Notes: generated by a model from the sequence alone, not told the origin. A stretch of 64,000 bases of DNA from Amoebophrya sp. A120 (GCA_905178155.1 CAJINV010000004.1:6240828-6304827), one strand, 5' to 3'. Shown: positions 1-13,311, counted from the stretch's first letter. Translations and numbers: made by a program.

Positions 1-1714
1 CCCAATCTCCTGGGTAGATGTTTTTTCGTCCGACCGCCGTGCGCATCCAGCAACCGTCCCACCAGATTTCCACGTCCTGAAACTGGCCCGAGTCATGTTT
101 TGGTCCATGCCCCGCGGTCATGGCCTTGCACCAGGGCGTGATGCGGCACCACGCCATGCAGAGGAAGTAGCCCTTCCCCGGGCCTTTCTGCAGATATTCC
201 CAATTCGCGCCGGGGGTCGGCACGTTCGCGAACTGGTTGTCGCCGTTCGCGTCGGTGGTCATTTCCACCTTTACCATTCCCTCTTGGAATACTCCCTCTT
301 CGTTTTGGCAGCTCGGGTTTTTCGCGTCCTCTGGGTTTGTAGAATTGCTGCAGATGACCATGTTACCGTCTGCGGCAGCGTAGTAATTTCCCTGGTGTAC
401 CTCGGGCGCCCCTTTCATAGCACCTCCGATCGGGCTTGCTCCGCCATGGTTAGCGGGCCAGTCCAGAAAAAACCCGAAGTCCTCCTCCTGGCATGTTGTA
501 AAATCAAGGCTCTTGATCCCATCTGCCTCCCTCGGACACGGTGCGCCTGACTCGATCGGAACCGCTGCGTCGAACCCGAACTGTTCAGGGCTGTTACCAA
601 AATCCACTACATGCAGTTGCAGCAGCCCGGAAAAGAGGCGGCAAGCGTTTCCGGCTGGCCGGTCGTATCCAGCGTTGTAGTAATTCGGGTTTGCGAACCC
701 GGATTGAAGGTGTTTCTCGTCGTAGTTTTCGCCACGCCCGAAGAAAGTCCAGCCAGTGCAAACGACGTCTACGCTTGACGGCGCTTGACCTGTTTTTCCA
801 GAAAACTTGGGCCAGGCGGCGCACACGGCCGCGCACTGCTCTGCGTCGCTCAAGGTGGGACTACCATCTTCTGGTGTCGCAGCTCCGACGAGATGGTGAG
901 ACTGCCCATGCTCCCACGAGTTGTCTGCATTCCACACGTTAAAGTCAAGGATGATATCTCCTACGAGGGCGAGATTTCTGCCAGGATGTTGATCCTTGCT
1001 GCGCTTGCAGGCTGCTGTCGCGCTCGTACCAGTAAAGTCAGATACTTGAACGTCGTTGCTATTACCGTGCAAACCTAGCATAGTTGCGTAGCCCGCGGCG
1101 GTAAAGTTGAAGTTCGTCAAATCTGGGAACTGGTTCGTCGTCGATTTTTTCTGCTGTTGCCGTCCTTTTTCTTTTTCCAAACTAGCCGTTGCCTCTGCGG
1201 TTTCTTGCAGTAATGCGGAGGTCTCCGGACCAGCAGCACTACCCCACCCTTCACTGGTAGAATCTTCAATACGCGCCTGTCGATGAAGTTCTCCCCCAAC
1301 TACACGATCCGGTCGTGTACTCGCAAGAAGCTGAGCTTCACCAGCTTCCACGGCGGTCTTGACGACATCGCGAGCATCGCTCCGACCCGAATTATCTTCC
1401 TCGCCATTATTCCTCTTGTTACCAGTAGAAGCAGCCTTCCGTGCAAGTTTGTTTCTGTTGCCGCCCTTCATCGGGTGGTGCGTTGTCTGCGGGTGTTGCA
1501 CATCTGCCGGTCTGCGCACAACCGTGAATGCCGTCGTGTGGTGCAGCAACACAGGCGCGAAGATGGCGACAAAGGAGGAGCCGGAGAGTTGTAAGACCGG
1601 CGCCGAAAGACGAGAGGAAAACGCCGCAGGTTTTTTGTGTAGCGCTACGTTCGAGTTGCGGTTATCTTCCTGCGACATTTTTCTGCCACTTCTACCACCT
1701 GCTCCGCGCATCAT
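1..1714 (-). CDS. PAN/Apple-domain Cys-rich surface protein, paralog 1 (5' part; runs off the left edge)
   Basis: Uninterrupted frame from ATG 1714 to the window edge; missing from the ORF track because it has no stop. Contains EQCAAVCAAWP..CTGWTFF..ACRLF and GYFLCMAWCRITPWCKAM..GCWMR, collinear with the gene at 2870-13311. Confidence 0.8.
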   Translation of the reverse strand, partial: MMRGAGGRSGRKMSQEDNRNSNVALHKKPAAFSSRLSAPVLQLSGSSFVAIFAPVLLHHTTAFTVVRRPADVQHPQTTHHPMKGGNRNKLARKAASTGNKRNNGEEDNSGRSDARDVVKTAVEAGEAQLLASTRPDRVVGGELHRQARIEDSTSEGWGSAAGPETSALLQETAEATASLEKEKGRQQQKKSTTNQFPDLTNFNFTAAGYATMLGLHGNSNDVQVSDFTGTSATAACKRSKDQHPGRNLALVGDIILDFNVWNADNSWEHGQSHHLVGAATPEDGSPTLSDAEQCAAVCAAWPKFSGKTGQAPSSVDVVCTGWTFFGRGENYDEKHLQSGFANPNYYNAGYDRPAGNACRLFSGLLQLHVVDFGNSPEQFGFDAAVPIESGAPCPREADGIKSLDFTTCQEEDFGFFLDWPANHGGASPIGGAMKGAPEVHQGNYYAAADGNMVICSNSTNPEDAKNPSCQNEEGVFQEGMVKVEMTTDANGDNQFANVPTPGANWEYLQKGPGKGYFLCMAWCRITPWCKAMTAGHGPKHDSGQFQDVEIWWDGCWMRTAVGRKNIYPGDW

Positions 1715-2869
1715 GGTTTGATTGAAGAGGAGAGTTGTTGTTTAGTTTTGTTGTTGTTCGGTCCGGTGGATGAAAAATATTTAAGTGAGAGCGACACTAG
1801 TACTTCTCAAAAACACGACGAAGGCCAAAGGCCATCCTTGTATTCGAAAGTATCCTCGTATTTGTATGGAAAAGGGGGACAAGGCAAAACTTGAACTTCT
1901 GTGGGGCAGAATAATGATTTCGGTCTTTCAGGGTTTTATTGCCCTATGATCCCAAAACCACTTCGCCTGTATTTCTTTTGAAAATCGAAATTCGTAAAGC
2001 GGCAGGTGCATGAATCAAATTCAAACCGAGTACGAAAGCGTTCATATGCAAACGAGAAACAAACGACAAGGACGTTTTATTTTGTCGCACAAAAAAAGCC
2101 TGACGAGAATTGCACGACCGCCGAAGCAGAAGAAGAAGAACGAACGGGTTCACCGACCGCAACGAAAAAATAAAAAGTAATTCGCTTTCAAATAACAATT
2201 TCGTGCACGAACTTACCGAAAAGCCTGACCTACGATGTGCAGCGACTCTTGTTTCCTTGACTAAAAACGCGTCTTCGAGGAAATACGATTGGAACGTGAA
2301 GAAAACCGACGCAGGTTGGCGTTGTTTAGACGCATCATGGTGTAAAGCTGTAATCTTTTTTCTACGGACGACGACAGAACCGACGAGGAGAAGAATCAAA
2401 TCCAGACCGACAGTCGCTGAACAAAACGGGTTTGATTAATTTCCGCGACGCGACGCAATGAAAGATCGCTAGAAGGCATGGCGGCGCACGTTCGAATTTG
2501 TTCGGGTCGGAAAAGGAAACATAAACACTACTGATATATGAATTTTTCTGATCTGGTTCTGCTTGTATACGAGTAATTTCTAATTTACGTAAGTGTGGCT
2601 GTGTGAAAAGAACGCTTGTCACTTCTTCTTGGTTCTTAATCTACTTGTTAGTTGGTTGGATCTCTCTAGAAAATGCTTGTGATGTGAATGAAAACAGAGA
2701 TGCATGTGAAATGATAGAAAAGCAAAAAATGTCGGGTAGACCAATACATAATCGGTGACAAAGTCATCTTCAAGAATTTTACAAATTTAGCAAAAAAAAA
2801 TGAGCATTATCATAATAGCACGGCCAGGACCATAAAGATGAAACGTCGGAGTCTCGTATATTACTATCT

Positions 2870-4225
2870 TCAGAGGCCGTAGTTGGCCTTGATGTTTTTC
2901 CGGATGAACTCACGTTTTTTCGGCCCGGTCGTGAGACCGTCCTGTTCGTAGATCTTCGCGACGAGATCGCTGGCCGTGACCTTTTTCGCGGGGGCCTGGA
3001 TCTCCTTTCCGGCTTCCCGGATATCCAGCCCGAGCTGCTTGACCCAGTGGTCTATCAAATGCAAAAATGTCTGGGTCTGGAAGAGTCACGCTGCTTTTGC
3101 ATGACAAAGAAGGGCTGGCATTGAAGCTCTAGCATCACAGGTTTCGAGAAGCTTCCGCAATGCCGAATCTGCATCACAAATGCCCGATTTTGGTGACAGA
3201 AAGTGGCCACCAGCTTTTGCTGCTTATGCATGAGAGATTCTTGTGTGTTATAAAATGCGCATCACAAGTTGCATCCTTCCAGACCCAGACATATTTGCAA
3301 TGCATATGGTCCAGCAGTTCCGGCTTCGCGAGGCCCAACAGCTCCTGCAGTCCCTGGTCGTCGTCCGTGCGGCCCGCCGGGGCGGTGCGCCCCTGGTCCA
3401 GGAGCTTGTTCTTTTCCGCCTGGTTGGTCGTCAGCACCCGCTCGGCCAGCGTCTGTGCGTAGGCGTCGCTGAACCCGAGGTGGCCCGTGCAGAGCTGCTG
3501 GAGGTCCTTTTTGCTCAGGGCCTTGGACTATAGATTGCAAAAATGTCTGGGTCTGGAAGATTGTCATGCTAGTCTGGCATGACTCTGAACTCTGTATTGC
3601 ATGGCCGCGAAGAGCTCCTCCTCCCTGTCATGCAAAAACGCAGTTTCTCATGCAGCGTACGCAACTCAGAACCACGGAAAAACTTGTCATGCTGGGCAGC
3701 GCATTACAGTGCGCTCACTCTTCCCTTTCTTGCATCACAAGTTTCCAGACCCAGACATATTTGCATTTGATATGGACCGGTGGTCCTCCAGCTCCGCCTT
3801 CTTTTGCTCCACCTCCTCGTGGTCGGACCCAAAGAGCTCATCGTCGTTGAACCACACGTTCTCGTTGACCTCCTCTTCCATCCTGAGTAAAAACGTCCCC
3901 ACCCCAAGGTTGTCATGCAGATTTGCAGTCACAGGAAGATTTGTAATGCGCATCCCCATGAGGGGCATTTGCAATAGTGTTCCGGGATTTGTGATGCTGT
4001 AAACAGGATAAGCAGATGGATTTGTGATGCTGTTGTCCTTGCTAACATGCACTACACTACGGAGTGCAACTTGTCATGCGTGGCTCCCAAAACTTCTGGA
4101 TTTGTGTTGCTAAGTTCCCAACTTGACTCTGGGGTGGAGACGTTTTTCAATGTGATATCTTCCGTTTCGTCGTCGTCCTCGTCCAAATCGTCGTCGCTGG
4201 AGTCGCTGCTATCGAAATCCGTGTC

Positions 4226-4256
<31 letters not shown>

Positions 4257-7200
4257 TCGGTGGAGGAGTCATGAAGGTCCACTCCGTCGGCCTTGATCTC
4301 GCTCCCGTGCTTCTTCTTCTTGGCGACCAGCATAAAGTGCCCTTGGAGTGTCTGCACGGATTCCGCCGCGCCGAGGCCCAGGCCAGACAGCACTTGCAGG
4401 TCGTGGTCCGCGTGCGCCGGCGCCACGGACGAGAGAAGCGCGCTGGACAGCGGCGCTGCGGAGGAGTCAGCTTGTTCCTGTTTCTCCATTTCCGCAAATT
4501 TTTCCGTCAGGGTTTTCGCGTACTGCTCGCTCAGCCCGGCCTCCTGCATCGCCTGCTGCAGCTCCCCCTGCGTGGCGTCCTCCTTCTCTTCCAGCTGCTT
4601 CACCTGGTGCTTCACGATCTTCTTCCGCATCCAGTTTTCCATGTCCCCCACCTTTTCCAAACTGCCCAGCCCCAGCTGCTCCAGCAGCTCCCGGTCCTGG
4701 GCGTTCTCCGCCTGGAGCATGGCCTCCGACTGCTCGTCGTGAGACTCAAGGTCTTCGGACTCCTCGCTTTGCATCCCCGCCTCGTCAGGGGTGCTCTCGT
4801 CGGAAACGGGGCTGTCCTTGTGGTGGTGTTTGTGTTCCTTTTTCTCCTTTTTATCCTTCTTGTCCTTCTTTTTTTTCTCCCTCTTTTCCTCCCGCTCCTG
4901 GTCCTTTTCCGCCCTCCTCCGCTCTTTTTCCTTCTCTCGCTCCTTCTTGGCGTCAGCCTCCTTCTTCATCTTCTTGGCCATGGCCTTCGAGTACTCGGGC
5001 GTAAACCCCGCCTGGGCGAGCGCTTTCTCGTAAGCCTGCTCGGTGGGCGGCGCCAGGGTCCGCGCGCCCGCCAGCGCGAGCACTTTTTCCTTCTCCTTCT
5101 TCTTTTCCATCTTCTGGAATTGCTTCTTTTCCATCTTGGCGCGCTCGTACGCGCTCTCCTCGCTGTCGGTACTGCCCACGCTCTCCTTACTCAGGTTGCT
5201 GCCTTTGCTGCTCTGGCTGTCCTTGCCGGAGGCGTGGTGGTGTTTTTGCTTCTTCTTTTTAGTACCCTTCTTGCTGCCGTGCCCAACATGGTCCGTGTCA
5301 CTGGCGCCTGTCTCGCTATCGAAGGCGTGCGCCGCCGTCTGTTGCTTCGCGAAATAGTTCCGGACCTTTTGCATCGTGACCGTTTTGGGGTCTCCCCCGT
5401 GCGTTAGTAGCCCAAGCTTCTCGAACGCCAGCCGGTCCTTGTCCTTGGCGCCCGGTGTCAGAAACTCGGGGATAGACTTGTTCTTTTCGTGCCAGTCCTT
5501 GAGGAGCTTGTCGCAGTAACCGTGAGAAAGCCCCGCTTTCTCGAGCTGGCGGTGCAGGTCGCTCTTCCCGCCGTGCTTGGCTTTCCCGCCGCCAATGCCC
5601 GCGAAGTGCTCGTCGTCGGTTTCCTCGGCTCCTGACGAGGTCGCGCCCCCGCCCCCCGCCTTTTTCTTCGCCTTTTTGTTGGCCTTGGCCTTGCCCCCGG
5701 CCTTCTTCTTGGCCTTCGCGCTGCCCTTCAGCTTTTTCCCCGCCACGGTTTTGTCTTTCTTGTTTTTCTTCTTGTCCCCCGGGGCCTTCTTCTTGAAGCT
5801 GCCCGATTTCTTCTTGTCGGCGCGCTTCTTCTATCAAATGCAAATGTGTCTGGGTCTGGAGGATTGCAACGTGTCATGCTAAATCCGAATTATGTAAAAA
5901 TCTGTTTTGCACGAGCGCCAGAAGCCGTCCACGTTCGACCAAGTTGGAGGGGAGTGTCTCATCCTCATGCAGGATAGGCATGACAAAGACCTCAGGGAGT
6001 CTGTCATGCTTATGTCCTACATACCAGACCTCATGGGGCATGGAAAATCTGCATGACAAGTCTGGCATTCTCCCAGACCCAGACATATTTGCATTTGATA
6101 TCTTCCGCGATTCAACCTTGCCCTTGGTGAACAGCATCTTCTGCATCTTCGCGGCCGTCTCCTTCTCGCCAAAGCCCAGCGTGTGCATCAGTTTCAAATC
6201 GGCGGGCGCCGCGCCGTTCAGGTCAAACTCCTTCAGCTTCTCTTTCCCCGCCAGCTGCCCCGCCAGCCGCTCCCGGAACGCGGGGGTGAACCCCACATAT
6301 TGCAGGGCCACCTCCGCCTGCGCCTTATCTACCACTTTCTCCTTTTTCAGCTCCTTCTGCTTCGCTTTGGCCTTCGCCTTCGCCGCTTTGGCCTTCGCCT
6401 TCGCCCGGGCCTTCGCCTTGGCGTCCCGCCCGCTGTGCTGCTTTTTCAGGGTCTTGGCCTTCCGCGCCACCAGGTACCCCCGGAACTCCTGCACGGTCTC
6501 GGTGCCGCCGAACCCGCACCGCTGCATGACGTGCAGATCGTTCTCGCTCACCGTTTGCAGCAGCGCCTGGCTGCCCCTATCGTCCCCCGCCAGCTGGATC
6601 GACAGGTCGCGCGCGTAGGTTTTCGAGAATTTCAACGCCAATACTTCCTTCTCGTAGGCCGCAGGGGAGTGCAGCTGGGCCTTCTTTGCGATCTCTTTGT
6701 TGCCCGCCTTCTGGTTCATGCGCTTCTGCTTCACCTTGGGCGTGAAAAAGTCCTGCATGTTGCCCACCTTGACCCCCTTTACGCCCCCCAGCCGCAGGGC
6801 CTCCAGGATCTGGATGTCGTGCTCCTCCTGCGGCGGCGGAATCTCCGCGTCCTCCGCCGCGTTCGGGTCGGCCTATCCGGTGCAAAAACGTCCCCGCCCC
6901 CAGACTTGCCATGCAAATCTGCATGCGTAAAAGGTTTCTCATGCGCAGCCACATGAAAGGCATTTTCTCATTTTATCTGGGAGTTTGTGATGCTGGAATC
7001 AGGATAAGAGTATCGATTTCTCATGCGGCGTGCCACTAACTACAAAACAGAATTTCTAAATTGCTCGCCCAAGAAGCTTGTCATGCGCAACAGCCAAAAC
7101 TTGTTGATTTGTGTTGCAAGATTCCGATCTTGACTCTGGGAAGGTTGGGACGTTTTTACGCAGCATACGGCCACCTTTTTCGCCAGCGTCTTCACGTACG

Positions 7201-10200
7201 CTTCGGTGAAGTATGAAAGTGCACAACTCCCCCTCGTTCTCATTTCTCATGCAAAATACCAAATCCACGCTTTCCCTCCTGTCACTATTATGCATGACAA
7301 GTTCTGGTAGCCCAAATAGCACTCTACTCCGGCGCAAATCTGTCATGCAAAACTGGCACTCTTGCTGATGCTTGTATTGCCGTTCATGCTATACAAATGA
7401 GGGGGAGGGGTAAGTAGTTGTGCACTGTCATAAGAAGCCCATGGCCTTCGCCACCTGCTGCGCCTCCCCCAGCTCCGGCTTGAGCCGCTCGCGCCGCAGC
7501 GCCACGTCCAAGAGCGTGCCCTTGCCGTCCGTGGCCAGCTTCGGCGCCTTGGGGTGCAGCGCGTTGTACAACAGCGTGTCCTCGGGCTTGGCGCCCGGCG
7601 GCGGCGGCTTGTAGTGCAGCGCGGCGTAGAGGAGCGTGCCCTTGCCCTCCTTGCCCTGCGCGGCCCGCTGCTTCCGTCGCCGCGCGAAGGCGCCCTTCAT
7701 CTCCACCACGGTTTCGGTGCCGCCCAATTCGTACAACTGCAGCAGTCGCATGTCGTTCTTGTCTTTGGAGCGCACCATCAGGTCCGTCGGGTCACACGCG
7801 TCGTCCGCCAGCTGCACCGCCAGCTTCGCGGCGTACGCCTCGGTAAAACCGCTGCCAATCAGCGCCTTCTCCCACTCCCTCACGGTGAAATCGGGGAAAT
7901 CCTCCAACAGTTCGCCGGCCAATTTGTTCTCGCGTTTTCGCGCGACGGCGGGCGTGAACAGTTCCCGTGCCTCGCGCAGGGTGTGGATGCCGCCGAACTT
8001 CAGGCGCTGCATCACGGCCAGGTCCGCCGGATTCGGGCGCGGCAGGTCCGTGTCGTCGCTCAGAGTCGCGTCGGCCAGCATTTTTCCCACTTTGCGGGAA
8101 TACTCCGGCGAGAATCCGGCGGCCAACATGGCCTGCTCCGCCTCCGTCCGGTCCGGAATGATGATCTCATCGTCTTTATCCGGGGTAAAAACGACGTCCC
8201 GATCCGCCCAGAGTTGTCATGCAAATCAGCAATAAACCTAAGACGTTTCTCATGCGCAGCTCCATAAGTAGGAGCGTTTTTCAATGCTACATCTGGGAAC
8301 CTGTCATGCTGAAATCAGGATGAAGGTAATCCACTTGTGATGCGGCTGCACTAGCGGAATACGATCATTAAACTGCTCGCCCACATTTGTCATGCGCAAC
8401 AGCGGCCAAACCTATGTTGATTCGCGTAGCAGAGTTCCCAACTGTTCCATTATGCGGTGGGGACGTTTTTACATGTGATAGTCTTCCAAATTCAGTGCCG
8501 CGGCGGAGTCCCGCACGTCCTCTTCCTCGCTCGCCGAGTGTTCCACGGGCGGAGGGGGCTCCTCTTTCTTCTTTTTACACAGACAACACAAGAGGAGCAA
8601 AAGCAGCAGCAAAGCCAGCATCGCCAGGATCGGCCACAGGGGAAACCCAGCCTCCTCCTCCGGACTGCCCATATCCGTGCCGTTCACGGGCGGTGCGCCT
8701 CCCCCGATGGGCCCGGTCGTGGTCGTGGTCGTGTCCTCGTCCATCTCATGCGTGTTTAATCCGATCCATGACTCGCAACCCATCACTTTGACCTCCGTAT
8801 CGGCCGCCTCGCAGCGAAACACTGGGGCGCTGCCCTGGTACGTGTCTGCACAAACTACCGTCATCAAACCGACCGGAAACGGATGCCATGCGCCTTCCGG
8901 GTTGGGAAGCATTTCGGGACGCGTGAGAAATCCTTTCCAAGCGTCGAGGCTTTCGTCGGTAAAATTGAACCTGAGGACGGAGTGCGTGTGTTGAGAAAGT
9001 TCGCAACATAAGAAGAATCAACAGGCCAGTGTGATTATTAGTAGTAGGTGTAGGTGTGAGGTACAGCATACACCAAGCCCATAGTACCGGATCATACAGA
9101 CGGGGAATTTCTGACAGATTTACGTTTACCGCTCTCATCTCCGCCAAAGTCAAAATACACCGTAATCAGCATGTGCAGACGAAAAAGCCTTGCGCTCCTA
9201 CAACTACCTACGACAACGACTCGCAACAAAAACAAAGAAAGTAATTAAGTAGTACCTTTCTCGATCCGGATTCGCAGGAACAAGCACTTTGCAGCCCCGC
9301 TGGCAGCAGTTCGCTTCGCATTGGCTTTTCAGTAAATTCAGATCAGCAAACCAGTCCCCGCCGCACTTCTCGCCCGGATCTTTTTTGATCTGATACGAAC
9401 CGCCCGAGACATCGCAATGATCTGTCTCCGCGACGAGCCCGCACTCCGGCTCGCAGCGCTGTCCTGTGACGGTGGTTCCATCCTGCAAGGTTTCCACAAA
9501 CGAGATCGGCCCCACGAAGTTCGCGTCGCACTCCAGACAAAACTCGAGCAGGGGAGCGGGGCACTCCCAGGTGTCGGTATTTGGCTGGGGCGAACCTCCA
9601 TGGGAACAGCGGCACTCGGGCGGCGCAGTCGGGTCAACATATGTGTCACAGTTGATCAGCTGGAGCTCTGCGCCACTTCGTGGGCAGAGAAACGCCGGAT
9701 TGGCCGGCATCCAATTCTCAGCGCAGGAAACACCAGCTAAGGTGACCTGAGTGTTAAAGGACGCCAGCTTTCCAGTATCTTTGAGAACTTCTTCCCAATC
9801 ACTACCGGAGAGGCCTTGCGTTTGGTTGAATATGGACGAGCTGGCTTCGGGAATCAGACAAGTGGCGATGCAGCAAGAGCTTAAACACTGGTCCGTCGGA
9901 AAGTCTTCTTGTACCAGTTCGCCCCCGCACTTAGTGTTGCTTTTGCTTGGATCTCTAATGGCAAGTGCTCTGCCACCTGCTCCAGTCGTTGTACAAGCGT
10001 CGGTCTGCTGGAGGCCTGCACACGTTGGATAGCACACCTTGTACATTCTTGAACCCTCTCCGAGGACTATCAGTATGGAAAGCGTCGCACCAGTGATGCG
10101 ATCAAAGACACCAGAGGCCAAGCATTACTGAGCAGTGAGTTTGAGCTTGAGGCCTTCCTGCTGCATGAAAAAATACGTGCGACTGCACCGGCTACCTTTG

Positions 10201-13200
10201 CATTTGCTGGCGTCCTCGTGCGTAGCTCTTTCCAAGTGGCGCGTCGCTACCAAACACTGTTCTCATCATAAACAGTGGAATTGTATGGATACGGACGCAA
10301 TGGGAATCGCATCCGCATGCACAGCACACAAAATCAAATTCCGGTTTCCATTTCCGGGAGACAGCAGGCGACTAACACTAATTCTATCAAATAAATGAAA
10401 ATGAAACTCTCCGACATGATCAACTTAGGTATGCATAAATATCTTGTGCTTGCGTAGGTGGTCTTTGATCTTACTATCAAGGTACAGCTCGAATCCATTT
10501 GATATCCATCGCAGGTTCGTAACCGTCATCGCATGTTTTACAGTCCTCCTGACCATCTGCGTAGCAGGTGAGCGTGTGAGAACTACTGTCGCCGTTTTTA
10601 TAATCTTTCTTAACCCCATTGGTGCAGGTGCAAACCTTTTCAGTAACGGTCTCGGTTACTTGTGCTGTATCACGCTGCGGACACACCTTGAACGAGCTAT
10701 GAACTTCTGCTCCGTTCCGTCGCCACTCTGGTAAATAAGTAAGCGAGGCTGCTCCGACGGCGTCGCGCAGCCAGCAGCCGTGTACCTGATCTGGCGGATG
10801 CTGGGTCCACGAGTCCTCATCGCTGGGTGATTGGTCTTCATCCAAAGCAAAGAATCGTTTGGTACTTCCGGCTCCAGCCGACATTGCTTTGCACCACGGC
10901 GTGATCCGGCACCAAGCCATGCAAAGGAAGTAGCCCATCCCCGGGCCATCGGGGAGGTACTGCCACTCCCAATCCTGACCTGTCCTCGGAACTCCGGAGA
11001 TACTGGTGATGTCCTTTCCGGTTCCGTCCTGGAGTGAAACTTGAGTGATCTGTACCTGAAAGCTTTCCTCTTGTTGGAATACTATCGAAGCAGGATCCTG
11101 ACCCGGTGGATCCTCGTACCGATACCACTTCATTCCCAAAGACTCCAGGTCGACATCGTTGTCCGCGTCCTCCCAATTTCCTTGAAAAACCTTCGCGTTC
11201 CCCAAAAAGGCCCCGCCGTTTGGGGACCCGCCACCCATTTGTTCTGGCCAGTCCATGAATAGTCCATAATCTTCCTCCTTGCAATCGCCGAAGTTACTGA
11301 AACCCTCGTTAGCAAATGTTATGAAATGTAAATGGGACTGCTCAAACAATCAAATGAAGAATGTTTCCGTTTCCATGTACTTAGTTAATTTTCATGTTCA
11401 CTTCGCGGCATTGCAGCACATGACCTATTTTTGCTCATGACAGAGCGTCGCAGTAAACGCAACAACGTGCGGAAGTAAGTTTAGATACTAGCAGCCTCAC
11501 CCGAGTTCAATTACCTCCGACTCTATGCATTTCAAGTATAAAAATGCCGTCGTGCCTGCTGTGAATGTGAGTGTTAGCTTGCTGCTAAGCGCGCGTCTTG
11601 TTTTTCTTTTATTTGATTGTAGTGCTGCAGAATGGAGTCGCCTGGATAAACATTCCTTGGCGGTCAAAGCATGGGCTGCCGGACTGTATGTCGCCGTACT
11701 TGTCGCCAAGAAATTTGTACTCGTATCCCGATGTGTCATGCTCTGACGCAGCCATTGTTTCCTCTGTCACGATGTTCTGAAACAAACGACAGGCAGGCCC
11801 TTTTGATTCTTTTTTATTGCCGGCGTAAAACCCTCTGTTATTTTTGAACCACTTTCCATCTCCATCCGCTGGTAGTTCCAGCGGGGTCGCACCTGCTGCC
11901 TTGTGGTAAAAGGTCCAACCGGTGCAACGCGTATTAAACGATGTCTGGGGATTTTCTCTTAGCGCCTTGCCACTCTTTTCCCAGAACGTCGGCCAGGCAG
12001 CACATACTGCCGCACACTGATCGGCGCCCTCCAGGTTGGTTCCGTCCGGGTCCTTATCCATATTTGCCGCACCTATCAGATGATAGCTCTCTGTTGACCC
12101 CCAGTAGTTTCTCTCCTTTGTCCACACATCGAAGTCAAGGATTACAGTGCCAGTGAGGACTTTTTGTTCACCAGGGTTCGTCTTGTGGCACATCGCCGCG
12201 TACGCATTCGTAGAAACCTCCTTTTTGGCATCAACTTGCGTTCTTTCCATCATAGCCACATCATGATCCTCGCTAGCTTCTATCTGTTTCTCTTCTACTA
12301 ACGCCGGCGTCTCTCGGAGTACAACTTCCGGTGTGCTGACCACAACAGGGTCTCTTTGTCGAGCGCTGCCGGGTGCCTCCCCGTCCTGTAGAAAGTCGTC
12401 CTCGCGGAGTACAACTACGTCTGTTATCAAATGCAAAAATGTCTGGGTTTTGAAGAATCTAAACTTGTGATGCTGTCTCTGGATTCGAAAAAGATTTGTA
12501 TTGCATGACCAGCAAAAGGAGTAGATTTTGTGCTCCGCGGAGATGGCATCTGTCATGCGGAATACATAGGCATGAAAAAGCGCTCTAACAATCTGTGATG
12601 CTACGGCATGCATCACAGACATCATGGGTCATGGATGGTATGCATGACAAATCTAGAAATCTTCCTGACCCAGACATTTTTACAGTTGATATCTGTAGTT
12701 TTTGTTCTATCGTTTATTTTATTCCTCTCATCAACACGACTTCTGCGTTGATCTCCTGTCTCGTCCTTTCCTCCCCCCTGATTCCCGGCTGGAACCGGAG
12801 CGTAGTTTTCATCGCTCGAGGATGTTCTTGACCGGTGCGAAGAAGTTATCGAACTTGACGGCAGGGAAAGTTTCCTACTCCTTCCGGAAGTTGTACTCGT
12901 ATTTCTCTTGCTCGGCGCCCGAGCTAGCAGAAACTCCTGAAACGACGCTGTTCGGCTACTATCAAGAGTAGGACCATTTGACGACGGCGCTCCTCTCGCA
13001 ATCGGTGTTGTTGAGTGAACATGATTACTCTCCTCCTGCTCGTCTCGCTGGTCGCCTACTCTTTTCTCCACTTGCTCCACCAGGTGGGAAGTTGAAGAAA
13101 CTGCACGCCTTTTGGTCTTGAGCACGTGGCGCGGTTGTTTTTTGGTCTTCTTGTTGTTCCGTTGCACCATGTTGAGCCGGTACGCCATGCTGGGCAGTAT

Positions 13201-13311
13201 CTGCTCGAGCAAGAGTATTGATGCGGTGAGACTGCAACCCCAGATCGTCAAGGCGTACGCGACAGTAGCCCACCTCGTTGTTCCTGCCGATATTAGCATC
13301 ATCATCTTCAC
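2870..13311 (-). CDS. Multi-exon type-I membrane protein: N-terminal hydrophobic segment, two PAN/Apple-like modules, Cys-rich/EGF-like modules, TM helix, long repeat-containing cytoplasmic tail
   Basis: Exons join in frame after removing 8 introners and a GT-AG intron (8971-9255). Motifs DQCAAVCAAW..CTGWTF..CRLF, LCMAWCRITPWC..GCWL, CTCTNG..C..C..CDDGY; TM WPILAMLALLLLLLLLCCLC followed by KKKK. Junctions near 10130-10480 and 11310-11640 are unresolved. Confidence 0.7.
3053..3306. mobile_element. Introner, family A (TIR TATCAAATGCAAAAATGTCTGGGTCTGGAA)
   Basis: TSD tggtc on both sides; removal gives ELLDH|WVKQ. Confidence 0.9.
3529..3772. mobile_element. Introner, family A
   Basis: TSD tggac; removal gives EDHRS|KALSKK; inverted relative of 31656-31908. 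Confidence 0.9.
3880..4157. mobile_element. Introner, family B (TIR ..AAAAACGTCCCCACCCCA)
   Basis: Direct repeat tcttcc; removal gives DETE|EEVNEN; left terminal T missing. Confidence 0.8.
5832..6100. mobile_element. Introner, family A
   Basis: TSD tcttc; TIRs at both ends. Confidence 0.9.
6874..7167. mobile_element. Introner, family B
   Basis: TSD cggcc; removal gives KKVA|DPNAAE. Confidence 0.9.
7212..7432. mobile_element. Introner, family C (TIR TATGARAGTGCACAACT)
   Basis: TSD tgaag/agaag (4/5); removal gives AMGF|(T/S)EAYVK. Confidence 0.85.
8177..8480. mobile_element. Introner, family B
   Basis: TSD gtctt; removal gives LNLED|DEIIIP, linking the TM exon to the cytoplasmic repeats. 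Confidence 0.9.
12425..12691. mobile_element. Introner, family A
   Basis: TSD tctgt; removal gives TKTTD|VVVLRE. Confidence 0.9.
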
